Translations under genes and position numbers: made by a program
IMG/VR virus record: IMGVR_UViG_3300044806_000037
Coordinates: 1 to 56,974 of that record
Strand: one strand, 5' to 3'
DNA length: 56,974 nt
Origin: a virus
Taxonomy: Duplodnaviria; Caudoviricetes
Notes under the pieces: generated by a model
The model's input: the letters and a program-made list of their open reading frames with translations, nothing else
Database searches by the model: none
What the model was told of the DNA's origin: nothing
In this document: positions 8,721-17,397 of the stretch, piece after piece
Layout of the letters: every line of letters starts with the position of its first letter
Numbering within the stretch: the first letter of the stretch is position 1

Positions 8721-9089
8721 ATGAGCATTTATATAGCAAGTAACACACTGGTAGCAACAACCCCAAGGCACATTGTTACGCAGGATGGCATGCCCATCAC
8801 TTCGTTCCGGGTTGCCGAGCCAACGGAGAGACAGAATGTAACCAACAACTGGTTTACTGTTACAGTCTTTGGCGACATGGCTATTTGGGCGGCCGCTAAT
8901 GTTAGTAAAGGCGAGCGTTGGGATGTTCATGGCGAACTTTACATTCGCGACTGGGACAACGGCGAAACTACTGGCACATCAGCAGAGATTGAGGCTGCTC
9001 TTCTAAGGAAGACTGACAGCCCCGAGGACAATCACGAATGTAATTGTCCAAACCACAAAGGAAAAGAAAAACTAGAGAGGAAACGATAA
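8721..9089 (+). CDS. ssb: bacterial-type OB-fold ssDNA-binding protein (short, no acidic tail)
   Basis: TTPRHIVTQDGMPITSFRVA...WFTVTVFGDMA..AANVSKGERWDVHGELYIRDWD matches the SSB OB-fold. Confidence 0.8.
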   Translation: MSIYIASNTLVATTPRHIVTQDGMPITSFRVAEPTERQNVTNNWFTVTVFGDMAIWAAANVSKGERWDVHGELYIRDWDNGETTGTSAEIEAALLRKTDSPEDNHECNCPNHKGKEKLERKR

Positions 9090-9091
9090 AT

Positions 9092-9403
9092 ATGTATACA
9101 AACAAACTAATCATCAACGGAGAAATTGACGAAGTAACTTCAATGGCATCACCATTCACTCATGAAACGCCTACCGGCTTTTTTGATCGATTGGGTGACA
9201 CCGAGGTTCTTGAGGTTGTCATTGGTCAGTCGCTTGGCGAGGGCTTGTTCACTGCTCATGTAGCGTTCAAGAGTTCGGTTGAGCCTACTATTGACGACCT
9301 GACCACTTATCTCAAGGAGTATGAGAACACTGACACTACTGTGTTCTTGGAAACCGAGAGCGGTATTCTGCTAGCGTCTGGTGGCGTTGGGGTGTCGGTA
9401 TAG
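9092..9403 (+). CDS. hypothetical protein
   Basis: GAGG RBS; operon packing. Confidence 0.6.
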   Translation: MYTNKLIINGEIDEVTSMASPFTHETPTGFFDRLGDTEVLEVVIGQSLGEGLFTAHVAFKSSVEPTIDDLTTYLKEYENTDTTVFLETESGILLASGGVGVSV

Positions 9404-9404
9404 T

Positions 9405-9884
9405 ATGACCCGACTATCGCCCCACGCAAAAGCCAGTCTTGATGCTCTGGCTGAAAAGCACTTGGCGTTCACTATTGCCAAGGCGACTATCGAGGCTGAA
9501 CTCAAGGCTCAGTTCGAGGAGCGTATCTCTTCCTATCGCATGGATAGAGATATGGCTCTTCGGCTGGCTGACGAGGCCGGTGTGCCGCGAACCCAACTGG
9601 GTAAGGCTATTGGCACAACTAACTATAAGACTGTTCAGGAAATCCTGGAGGTCACAGAACACATGGCGCACACTCAGGCAGATGCGCATGGTAAGTGGTC
9701 TCTTGTGAAACTACCGACTGGGTTGTATAACTTGTCTATCTTTGAGTTGGGTGCTGGTTCAGCATCTGGTTCTGCCGAGATCGAAATGACTGATGACGAC
9801 ATTGTGTTTGTGTCGGGTGACGAATTTGTTATCCCACAAATCTATCGTGCAGGTTATTTGGAGCAGGTGTTAGCATCCAAGTAG
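9405..9884 (+). CDS. putative HTH DNA-binding protein
   Basis: ALRLADEAGVPRTQLGKAIGTTNYKTVQEIL resembles an HTH. Confidence 0.5.
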   Translation: MTRLSPHAKASLDALAEKHLAFTIAKATIEAELKAQFEERISSYRMDRDMALRLADEAGVPRTQLGKAIGTTNYKTVQEILEVTEHMAHTQADAHGKWSLVKLPTGLYNLSIFELGAGSASGSAEIEMTDDDIVFVSGDEFVIPQIYRAGYLEQVLASK

Positions 9885-10031
9885 TAGGAATACTTATAGT
9901 GCTTTCTCCACTTTGGGCTGTTCTTCCATATTTGTTATGGAGGGACAGCCGAGTGAAGAACCCTAAGTCTAAACTTTATGACCCTGGTTCTAGTATTGGG
10001 GCTATTGAGCAGAGTTATTGGATTGATAACA

Positions 10032-10154
10032 ATGGCCGGAACTAGCAAGTTTGGTTGGTGTTTGTCACCTAACTATCACACAGAATGTATTGAACACATA
10101 GGAGAATTGGTTTGCACATGCGAATGCCATTCACCAGACAAGGAGAGCAAATAA
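10032..10154 (+). CDS. 40-aa Cys/His-rich putative metal-binding peptide
   Basis: Manual translation MAGTSKFGWCLSPNYHTECIEHIGELVCTCECHSPDKESK*; TAATG coupling to the next gene. Confidence 0.55.
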   Translation: MAGTSKFGWCLSPNYHTECIEHIGELVCTCECHSPDKESK

Positions 10155-10420
10155 TGTATTATGACCATGATGATGACAGTTTCTTGCGAGAGATTGATTT
10201 TGAAGCCTACCAGAGCGATGTTGACTGGGTAAAGGGTATTGTTGATGAAGTTGTGCCTATGACGGAGAACCTTGAGATTTCTTGTTGGCTTGCTGACAGC
10301 GAAACTGCTGAGTGCGGCGTTGAGGGTGGGCGTTTTGACAAGCCTGTGTATGAGAATGACCCTGACGAATTGTTCAAGGTTATCAAGCAGGCTTACCCTG
10401 AACTAAACTGGGAGGTCTAA
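10154..10420 (+). CDS. hypothetical acidic protein
   Basis: AAGGAG RBS; TAATG overlaps on both sides. Confidence 0.65.
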   Translation: MYYDHDDDSFLREIDFEAYQSDVDWVKGIVDEVVPMTENLEISCWLADSETAECGVEGGRFDKPVYENDPDELFKVIKQAYPELNWEV

Positions 10421-11817
10421 TGGAGCAGCCACTAATTCCGTATCAGTATCAACTCGCTGACATTGACAAGATTGTTGCTAATGGTGGTTCGGGTATTGTT
10501 GCTACACAGGTTGGTGGCGGTAAGACCCTTATTGCTATTGAAGTTGCGAAGAAGATGCGCTTTTCTAGCGTTTTGGTTATCGCCCCTAAGGGAACGCACA
10601 AGAGGGCTTGGGAGCGCACTATCAAACGCCAAGAACCTTTGGCTACTGTTCGTTACATCAATAGCACCAAAGATGGTAAGCAGGCTTACGCTGATTTGAT
10701 GTTGGGTCGCCCGGGTTGGTTTTTGATCAGTCCAGAGTTCTTCCGCAGGTTCAGTTGGTCTGCTTTCAAAAAGGTTGACATGGCTATTTTTGACGAGGCT
10801 CACCGAGCATCTAACCGCAAGGCTAAGACTGCTGTTGCTTTGCACTCTTTGAAGAGTGAGGCTCGTCTGGCTATGTCTGGGACGATTGCTGGTAACCGCA
10901 TTGATGGCATGTGGTCTATTTTGAAGTGGGTGTTCCCTGACTTGGCTGGCCGGTCTTACTGGGCTTGGGTTGGAAAATTCCTAAAAACCCGCGACGATTT
11001 TTTCGCGGGGAAGGTGCCTGATGGAGAAAAAAATCCTGGGGAAATTGTTGCAAGCATTCCTTGTTACATCCGTCACCTCAAGCGTGAGCAGTGCTGTCCG
11101 GAACACCCGGCCGGTATTGATGGCCAGTTGCCTGAGATGACAGTAGAGGAACGAGTTGTGCAGCTGTCGCCTGAGCAGAAAAAGATTTACAAACAGTTGG
11201 AAAAAGATTTGTTGGTCTGGCTTGGCGACAACCCTTTGGTTGTGGATGTTCCTGTGGCTATGCGTGTTCGCCTACGCCAAATTACTTTGGGTGTCCCGAC
11301 TGTCGCTGATGATGGGTCGATTGATTTCGATATCAACTGTCGTTCGTCTAAGTTTGACGAGCTGGGTGAAATCATTACGGACAGTCCTGTGGGTGAACAA
11401 ATGTTGGTGTTGACACACTCGCAAAAGTTTGCTAGGGTCGTAGTATCAAGGTTGCGTAACCTTGGGTATCAGGCTGAAGAGTGGTCTGGTGCTGTCACCC
11501 AGAAACGGCGTGACGAGATTTTGGAAACTTTCATCGAGGGCAAGGTTCAGTTCATTGTGGCTGTTATCTCTGCTATTGGTGAGGGAACGGACGGCTTGCA
11601 GGAGGCTTGTTCAACAGTTGTGTGGTTGTCTAAGGATGACAACAGGCTGATGAACGAGCAGGCCGCAGGTCGACTTGACAGGCGTGGTCAAAAGCGTAGT
11701 GTTGTTTCGTATGAGATTATTGCGGAGGACACTTATGACGAGGGCCAACTGTCTAAGTTAGTTCGTGAACAGTTAGCAATGAATGAATCATTGCGCGAAA
11801 AGGAGAATGGTAGATAA
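10420..11817 (+). CDS. superfamily 2 (SNF2-like) DNA helicase
   Basis: VGGGKT Walker A, DEAH, MSGT, EGTDGLQ and QAAGRLDRRGQ motifs. Confidence 0.92.
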   Translation: MEQPLIPYQYQLADIDKIVANGGSGIVATQVGGGKTLIAIEVAKKMRFSSVLVIAPKGTHKRAWERTIKRQEPLATVRYINSTKDGKQAYADLMLGRPGWFLISPEFFRRFSWSAFKKVDMAIFDEAHRASNRKAKTAVALHSLKSEARLAMSGTIAGNRIDGMWSILKWVFPDLAGRSYWAWVGKFLKTRDDFFAGKVPDGEKNPGEIVASIPCYIRHLKREQCCPEHPAGIDGQLPEMTVEERVVQLSPEQKKIYKQLEKDLLVWLGDNPLVVDVPVAMRVRLRQITLGVPTVADDGSIDFDINCRSSKFDELGEIITDSPVGEQMLVLTHSQKFARVVVSRLRNLGYQAEEWSGAVTQKRRDEILETFIEGKVQFIVAVISAIGEGTDGLQEACSTVVWLSKDDNRLMNEQAAGRLDRRGQKRSVVSYEIIAEDTYDEGQLSKLVREQLAMNESLREKENGR

Positions 11818-12419
11818 TGAAGATTCTAAATTTGTATGCCGGCATTGGTGGTAATCGTCGCTTGTGGGGTGACGAACATGAGGTTACTGCGGTTGAGTAT
11901 GACCCTTCAATCGCTAAGGTTTATCAAGACCTTTACCCGAATGACAATGTGATCGTTGGTGACGCTCACCAGTTTTTGTTAGACCACTATCACGAGTTTG
12001 ATTTCATTTGGTCGTCGCCACCTTGCCAGAGCCACAGCCGTTTCCGGTTTCACATTGGGGTTCGTTATCGCGGCACTAAGCAGGTTTACCCTGACATGAG
12101 CCTGTATGAAGAGATTTTGTTTCTTCAGCACAACTTCAAGGGTATTTATGTAGTTGAGAATGTTATTCCGTATTACAAGCCGTTCCTTGACCCTCAGCAA
12201 ATCAACCGCCACTTGTATTGGGCGAACTTTGAGATTGGTGACTTGCCTAAGGTGACTGAGAACTTGCGTGATGCACAGATTCCACAGTTGCAAGTGTTGC
12301 ATGGTGTAGATTTGAGTGGTTACAAACTAAAAAATAAGCGTCAGGTGTTGCGTAACTGTGTTCATAGTGAAACAGGTAAAGCGATTCTGGATGCCGCAAT
12401 TAGAGGAGGTAAGAAATGA
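11817..12419 (+). CDS. short C5-cytosine DNA methyltransferase
   Basis: LYAGIGG (motif I), SPPCQ (catalytic), VENV, RNCV. Confidence 0.85.
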   Translation: MKILNLYAGIGGNRRLWGDEHEVTAVEYDPSIAKVYQDLYPNDNVIVGDAHQFLLDHYHEFDFIWSSPPCQSHSRFRFHIGVRYRGTKQVYPDMSLYEEILFLQHNFKGIYVVENVIPYYKPFLDPQQINRHLYWANFEIGDLPKVTENLRDAQIPQLQVLHGVDLSGYKLKNKRQVLRNCVHSETGKAILDAAIRGGKK

Positions 12420-12634
12420 GTAAGTATCCATTGAGTTTCCCTCAAGGTGTGACTGTTGTGCCTAACACTTTGTTGCTAGAGGTTACCCAGGGCAATGAGG
12501 CCATCAGGATGAAAGAGCAGGAACGCATTATTGCGTTGTTATCTGATAGTTGCGAGTGTGATGGCACAGACGATGGTTACAACTACTGCATTTACCACAA
12601 AGCGGTAGACCTTATCAAGGGAGAGAACAAATGA
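12416..12634 (+). CDS. small protein of the ERIIxLL...LIKGENK family
   Basis: EQERIIALL..CEC..YC..LIKGENK. Confidence 0.65.
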   Translation: MSKYPLSFPQGVTVVPNTLLLEVTQGNEAIRMKEQERIIALLSDSCECDGTDDGYNYCIYHKAVDLIKGENK

Positions 12635-12774
12635 ATGAACGCAAAGCAATTACTGATTGGCTGAGAAGTCGCAGAGCGTCAGAGCCTATGCGTTTGACGA
12701 TTGAGCGTTTGGCTGAACTAATTGACCAAGGCAAACACCTTGAACAGAGCAAGAGTGAGGGAGAGACCAAATGA
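12631..12774 (+). CDS. 47-aa hypothetical protein
   Basis: Manual translation MNERKAITDWLRS...EGETK*; ATGA-coupled on both sides. Confidence 0.6.
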   Translation: MNERKAITDWLRSRRASEPMRLTIERLAELIDQGKHLEQSKSEGETK

Positions 12775-12965
12775 GCGACTTCAGCGAAGGACATGACTTG
12801 GGTAAGTTACAAGGCAAGCGTGAAGAACAGTCACGCATTATCAAACTGCTAGAAGATAAAGGCGAACATGAAACCCTTGAGATGCCTACCTTAAAAGATG
12901 AACACATTAAAGAATTGTGCATGACTTGTAGCAACATCGCTCTTATCAAGGGAGATAGCAAATGA
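12771..12965 (+). CDS. small protein of the ERIIxLL...LIKGDSK family
   Basis: EQSRIIKLL...CMTC..IALIKGDSK. Confidence 0.65.
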   Translation: MSDFSEGHDLGKLQGKREEQSRIIKLLEDKGEHETLEMPTLKDEHIKELCMTCSNIALIKGDSK

Positions 12966-13138
12966 GCAAGACCATAAAGGTCACTGTGAAGAATGTGATC
13001 GAGTTTGAAGTTGATGATGATTTTGAAATGTCTAACTATGACATGGCAAACTTTGTTGCTTTAGCTAAGAAAGCGGTGCTACAAATTCCTCACAGTGCTT
13101 TGATGAATGATGCTAAATATAAGGTAAAAGTTAAGTAG
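12962..13138 (+). CDS. 58-aa hypothetical protein
   Basis: Manual translation MSKTIKVTVKNVIEFEV...KVK*; ATGA coupling. Confidence 0.6.
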   Translation: MSKTIKVTVKNVIEFEVDDDFEMSNYDMANFVALAKKAVLQIPHSALMNDAKYKVKVK

Positions 13139-13202
13139 ACGACACATTAGCTTGTCACAAAAATGTGGGCAGGTTTACAGTAAAATAATATTAGGAGAGA
13201 TA

Positions 13203-13451
13203 ATGGAAATATATTTTTGTAAAGAACATAACGCTGGCGGAACTGCTAAAGAGTGTTCAAAGTGTTTAGAGGAATCTGTTAAGAGCCCACACGACCTGGG
13301 TTGGGCCTTGGCTAAGGCTAGCGAACTAGGTTTTGAGCGTGGGCTGATTCAGGGCAAGCGTGAGCAGCTTTTGCGTGTTATCGAAAAGCTTGACAGCGCC
13401 GGTATCATGACTGAGGTTGAAGCCTTTGAGCTGCTTAAGGATGGTAAGTAA
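13203..13451 (+). CDS. hypothetical protein with CxxH/CxxC
   Basis: AGGAG RBS; CKEH..CSKC; QGKREQ motif shared with the 12771 gene. Confidence 0.6.
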   Translation: MEIYFCKEHNAGGTAKECSKCLEESVKSPHDLGWALAKASELGFERGLIQGKREQLLRVIEKLDSAGIMTEVEAFELLKDGK

Positions 13452-13517
13452 TGGAGGTTGTGGGTTGGATTGTTGGCCTACTAATTTGTGCCATTATTGT
13501 TATAGCGATTGGGAGTG

Positions 13518-13808
13518 ATGAAGATTAGCGAATACGAAATCATTGATGAAGTAACTGGTGAGATTGTTTCTGTGAAAACAGAGGTAGACCTTACACTTCT
13601 TGAAGCATACAATCAGTGGGTGATTGACCGGAAACTGTCGCCACCTACTTATTCACCGCAAGAGTATGCAGAGTATTTGGAGGGTGAGTTCGCGAAGTAT
13701 CGTGTAAAGCTTGCTATCGAATACATTGAAAGGTATGACTTGGACACTGCTTGGCCTCCTGAGATGTATCGAAGACTATTGGGTGACTTGAAGAATGCTA
13801 AGGAATGA
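13518..13808 (+). CDS. hypothetical protein
   Basis: ORF on the operon strand. Confidence 0.6.
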   Translation: MKISEYEIIDEVTGEIVSVKTEVDLTLLEAYNQWVIDRKLSPPTYSPQEYAEYLEGEFAKYRVKLAIEYIERYDLDTAWPPEMYRRLLGDLKNAKE

Positions 13809-14367
13809 AGTGACAGGTTTTGAACCAATATATAACCCAGTTAAACATGAGTTTATGGAAGAGGAAGATATGACTATAGAAGAACAATTTGCTGAAAAGC
13901 AAGCAGAGGCTCTGCTTAGAGTTGAAGCCCCTAAAAAGAAGAGCGCTAGACTAAACCCTGATGCTGTGCCAGTCCTGGCGACAGCTGTTGGTTTGGTTAG
14001 CATCCTGATGATTTCATCATTTGCAGTATCATTCACAGGCATTTATGAGGTGTCTGCGTGGACTGGGTTGCCAGTCAACTTGCAATGGTTACCGGCTTTG
14101 TTTATTGATGCCGCGATCCTTGCTTACACAATTTCATTGATCGTATTCAAGGCTCGTGGAGAGTCGGTTTGGAGGACTCTTGCGGGATTATCTGGTTTTG
14201 CTTTGGTATCAGTTGTTGCGAATATTGCTCATACCTTATCATTTTGGAATGGCAGTCTTGTTGACTTTCGTGCTTGGATTGGGGTTCTTATTACTGCTAG
14301 CGCTCCTATCGCTGTATTACTCGCTTCCGAAGAGATTACGAGATTGGCTTTTGAGGAACAGAAGTAG
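13795..14367 (+). CDS. multi-pass membrane protein, DUF2637-like
   Basis: About four hydrophobic helices; SFAVSF..WLPALFIDAAIL..SVVANIAH..APIAVLLASE. Confidence 0.7.
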   Translation: MLRNEVTGFEPIYNPVKHEFMEEEDMTIEEQFAEKQAEALLRVEAPKKKSARLNPDAVPVLATAVGLVSILMISSFAVSFTGIYEVSAWTGLPVNLQWLPALFIDAAILAYTISLIVFKARGESVWRTLAGLSGFALVSVVANIAHTLSFWNGSLVDFRAWIGVLITASAPIAVLLASEEITRLAFEEQK

Positions 14368-14702
14368 TGTCGAAGAGGCGAAAGCTTAACGATAGTCTCT
14401 ACCCAGACCTCGGGGTAAAACCTGAGGCGGTAGAGCCTCTAAATAAGTTTCTTGACAAGATGCTTGAATTAGAGGATAATGGACAAGTAAGGAAGTGCGG
14501 CGACGATTTCTGGTCATACACAGAGCAAGAAAATCTTACAGCGGATGATGCTGAAGAACTATGTTATGGCTGTCCGTTGCTAAAACTTTGTTACGATTAC
14601 GCAGTCGCTGACGAAATTAGTTGGGGAGTGTGGGGCGGAATTGACTTTTCGCCAGAAGATGATACACTATTTACATTAGGAGAAGAGGAGGACTACAAAT
14701 GA
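14367..14702 (+). CDS. whiB: WhiB-family Fe-S transcription factor
   Basis: C...AEELCYGCPLLKLC...WGVWGG. Confidence 0.88.
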   Translation: MSKRRKLNDSLYPDLGVKPEAVEPLNKFLDKMLELEDNGQVRKCGDDFWSYTEQENLTADDAEELCYGCPLLKLCYDYAVADEISWGVWGGIDFSPEDDTLFTLGEEEDYK

Positions 14703-15430
14703 TTGCTGATTCAAGAATTAGAGACATGGCTCTAGGGCTATTCAAGCAGGAGTCTGCGCGTGACCAACAGAAGAAAGTTGGCGCATCAGATTTCAGCGAC
14801 CCATGTGAACACCACCTGGCAAAGAAGTTGCTAGGCGCACCGGCCGGAGAGTTTAAATACTTCCTGGGTGCAAAGATCGGGACTGCTACTCATGAGTTTT
14901 TGGAGGCTCGCATTGAGACTGCTGACTTAGAGGAGTTCCCAGAGTTCAAGTCTGCCAAGATTGAGGAAACAATTATCTTGGGTGAGCTTGAGGGTTACGG
15001 CACTGTGAAGTCTAAGCCTGACCTTGTGCTTGTTGATGGCAAACACTTGGTTGACTGGAAGACTTCTAAGCGTGATAAGTCTAAGCAGTTGCAAGCTGTT
15101 GTTGATGGCATCGCCAAAGACACTAAGGCGGCAGCTGAGGCGCTTTACTCGTTGAAGAAGTATTACGCACAGGCACAGATTTATGCGTGGGGCTTGAACA
15201 AGTCCGGCACTGAGATCGATGCGTGTTCGCTAGTGTTCATCAACCGAGACGGCTCTTACGACCCGGATGTGTGGACTTACACTTTCCCTTATGATGAAGA
15301 GTTCGCACAGTCTATGTGGGATCGCTTGGAGCGTATTTGGAAAGATGTTTCATCAGGGCGCGACCTTGAAGACTTTGAGCGTGACCCAATGTGTTTCAAC
15401 TGTAAGGTTATGGATGGTATCGATGGATAA
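14699..15430 (+). CDS. Cas4/RecB-like PD-(D/E)xK exonuclease
   Basis: ASDFSDPC, GTATH, KPDLV..VDWKT, QAQIY, CFNC. Confidence 0.85.
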   Translation: MIADSRIRDMALGLFKQESARDQQKKVGASDFSDPCEHHLAKKLLGAPAGEFKYFLGAKIGTATHEFLEARIETADLEEFPEFKSAKIEETIILGELEGYGTVKSKPDLVLVDGKHLVDWKTSKRDKSKQLQAVVDGIAKDTKAAAEALYSLKKYYAQAQIYAWGLNKSGTEIDACSLVFINRDGSYDPDVWTYTFPYDEEFAQSMWDRLERIWKDVSSGRDLEDFERDPMCFNCKVMDGIDG

Positions 15431-15674
15431 CAAACAGCTCCCCACGCTGGGAAGATTGAGCATGACTTTCTGGGTTGCGGTAACACCCATAATTGTGCTA
15501 AGATTCCTAATAGCAGCTTTTCTTTTCAATGTTGGTCTCGATTTGACAGACGAAAAGAAAACGCTTATACTGGTAGGACTAGGTGTTTACTTCGGTATCG
15601 CCGGTGTAGTAACAACTTTCAGAGCAATTAAGAACCATTCCGCTCTGAGAGAACAACTAAAAGAAATGCTATAA
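15423..15674 (+). CDS. small two-TM membrane protein
   Basis: Two hydrophobic stretches; ATG 15423 overlaps the upstream stop. Confidence 0.6.
   Translation: MDNKQLPTLGRLSMTFWVAVTPIIVLRFLIAAFLFNVGLDLTDEKKTLILVGLGVYFGIAGVVTTFRAIKNHSALREQLKEML
15543..15571 (+). promoter_or_regulatory. near-consensus SigA promoter inside a CDS, upstream of the AAA/SSB/ncRNA unit
   Basis: TTGACA-17-TATACT. Confidence 0.6.
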
Positions 15675-15729
15675 ATGTCACAGGTATGTGATAAGCTTTC
15701 AAAACAAGGAAAATAAGGAGGAAGATAGA

Positions 15730-16455
15730 ATGACTGAATTCCCAGCACTGCCGTTTCAATCGGCAATCAAAAAAGCTGAGGCTCTCAACACACCAAAAAC
15801 TATTTTGGTTTACGGAGACCCTAAGCGAGGCAAGTCTTGGTTCGCCGCATCCGCGGCTGAAGTCGAGGCACTATCACCAGTATTGGTGATTGACACTGAG
15901 GGTGGTTCATCCGCTATTGCCCGAGACTGGAAAGATGTGGATGTTGTTGAAGTTGACAGCCACGAAAAGTTTCAGGCAACCATCTCTGCATTAGTTTCAC
16001 AGCCACACAAATACAAGACAGTTATTGTCGACACACTTGGCGTGGCTATGGATCGTGCTGAGAAGTTCTTTGGCGAAAAGCCGGAGAACAAGAACAACAA
16101 GTTTGGCCGTTGGGGCGACCTGAAGAACTGGACGAATGATTTCATTCGTGCATTCCATGGCGCACCGTTCCTGTCGATCATTGTCACCCATGCACAGGAT
16201 GACAAGGACGAGAACACTGGAGCTGTCAAAACTATTCCAATGCTACCTGGTTCATCTAAGGGGACTCTCCCAGCGATTCCAGACATTATTGGATACATGA
16301 CGAGCGAAAAGACTGAGGATGGCATGCAGCGTGTGTTATACTTGCAGTCTTCCGATCGATTCGTCACCGGAAACCGCTTTGGTCTTGGTCCAAAGCTTTA
16401 TGCACCAAGCATCAAGAAAATCATTGATGCAATCAACACCGTAGGAGGTAAATAA
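15730..16455 (+). CDS. AAA_24 / Sak4-like ATPase (recombination)
   Basis: YGDPKRGKS Walker A, IDTEGG, VIVDTL, IVTHAQ; lies between the exonuclease and SSB genes. Confidence 0.85.
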   Translation: MTEFPALPFQSAIKKAEALNTPKTILVYGDPKRGKSWFAASAAEVEALSPVLVIDTEGGSSAIARDWKDVDVVEVDSHEKFQATISALVSQPHKYKTVIVDTLGVAMDRAEKFFGEKPENKNNKFGRWGDLKNWTNDFIRAFHGAPFLSIIVTHAQDDKDENTGAVKTIPMLPGSSKGTLPAIPDIIGYMTSEKTEDGMQRVLYLQSSDRFVTGNRFGLGPKLYAPSIKKIIDAINTVGGK

Positions 16456-16940
16456 TGACAAGCATTAACATTAACATTTCAAACGACGATCTAGCGTCGA
16501 CCAGCTCTGGTTCATATGACCCGATTCCAAAGGGAACTTATGCAACCACCATCTTCACCGCGGAACTTGTTCCTGTGAAGAACGGCGAGAACGCCGGCAA
16601 GCCTCAGCTGAAGATTCAGTTGCGTGTATCTGAGGGTCAGTTCGAGAACCGCCGTCTGTTCACTTTCGTTCCGCTTTACACTGGTAAGGCTTTCTGGAAG
16701 ACTAAGGCTTTCTTTGAGGCTCTTGGTTATGACATGGAGGCTGGCACTTTCCAGGTTCCTGATGTTACTGAACTTCTCGGTAAGGCACTAGGCGCTAAGG
16801 TTGCGGTTGTAGCTAACAGCGTTTCTGGTGAAGACGAGAACAATGTCGGTGGTTTCACTGGCGCTGCATCAAGCACTGACGAGTTGCTAAAGGGCATGGG
16901 CGCAATCCCAACTGGCTCTGTCGGCAGTCCCTGGGCTTAA
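16455..16940 (+). CDS. DUF669-family phage ssDNA-binding protein
   Basis: YDPIPKGTY..KNGENAGKPQLKIQLRV..RRLF; C-terminal SPWA; context next to the Sak4-like gene. Confidence 0.75.
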   Translation: MTSININISNDDLASTSSGSYDPIPKGTYATTIFTAELVPVKNGENAGKPQLKIQLRVSEGQFENRRLFTFVPLYTGKAFWKTKAFFEALGYDMEAGTFQVPDVTELLGKALGAKVAVVANSVSGEDENNVGGFTGAASSTDELLKGMGAIPTGSVGSPWA

Positions 16941-16976
16941 TGGGCAACCCTGAGCATGGTTTAAAACTGCTCACAC

Positions 16977-17046
16977 GCCCCCACTGGTGGAATTCAGGCT
17001 CTTCTCCTTGGCCTGTATAGTTCGAGTTCGATTCTCGACCGGGGCA
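16977..17046 (+). ncRNA. degenerate tRNA-like element (possibly derived from tRNA-Glu CTC)
   Basis: GCCCC/GGGGC+A acceptor end, perfect T arm TCGAG-TTCGATT-CTCGA, CAGGC/GCCTG arm with an oversized TCTTCTCCTTG loop; D arm and inner acceptor pairs are defective. Confidence 0.6.
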
Positions 17047-17226
17047 CGTAAGACGAGGGTCTGAATAACTCTCGTGACTGCTACTACCTCCGAAGCCTTC
17101 ACTGGCGGCATCGATAGTAACTGAGTTGGGTAAGCGTTCAGGCTGAGACCATGTAGGTGACCGTCTAGGAGGATAGAGTCGTTGGGAATCTCTTGGGAGA
17201 CGAACCATGTTCCACGAACGACAACT

Positions 17227-17299
17227 GCCACCTTAGCTCCAATGGTAGAGCGCCGCCTTTGTAACGCGGATGTTATCAGTTCGAGTCTGATAGGTGGCT
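17227..17299 (+). tRNA. tRNA-Thr(TGT)
   Basis: GCCACCT/AGGTGGC acceptor, GCTC/GAGC D arm, TTTGTAA anticodon loop (one C-C mismatch in the stem), ATCAG-TTCGAGT-CTGAT T arm; CCA not encoded. Confidence 0.9.
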
Positions 17300-17397
17300 C
17301 AGGGCTCAGTTGAGCATAGAGTATATCGATCACTCTCTATGCGCAGGCTGGTGAGGTAATTACTCTGACGTGCTGGGCGTTGCCACTCTCCCAGTAA

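Noticed and set aside
9880-10044. Small membrane ORF between 9884 and 10032
   Set aside because: An open hydrophobic frame exists, but I could not place a credible start codon and RBS
14699-15430. CRISPR-Cas system suggested by the Cas4-like gene
   Set aside because: No repeat-spacer array or other cas genes were seen; the context is a phage recombination module
16855-17333. Minus-strand ORFs 16855-17208 and 16971-17333
   Set aside because: They are antisense to tRNA and structured RNA, with no RBS or recognisable motifs
17047-17365. Hatchet or hammerhead ribozyme, or TPP or SAH riboswitch
   Set aside because: Only isolated words match (AGTAAC, ACCATGT, GGCTGAGA, CTGGTGAG); the required partner strands and cores are missing
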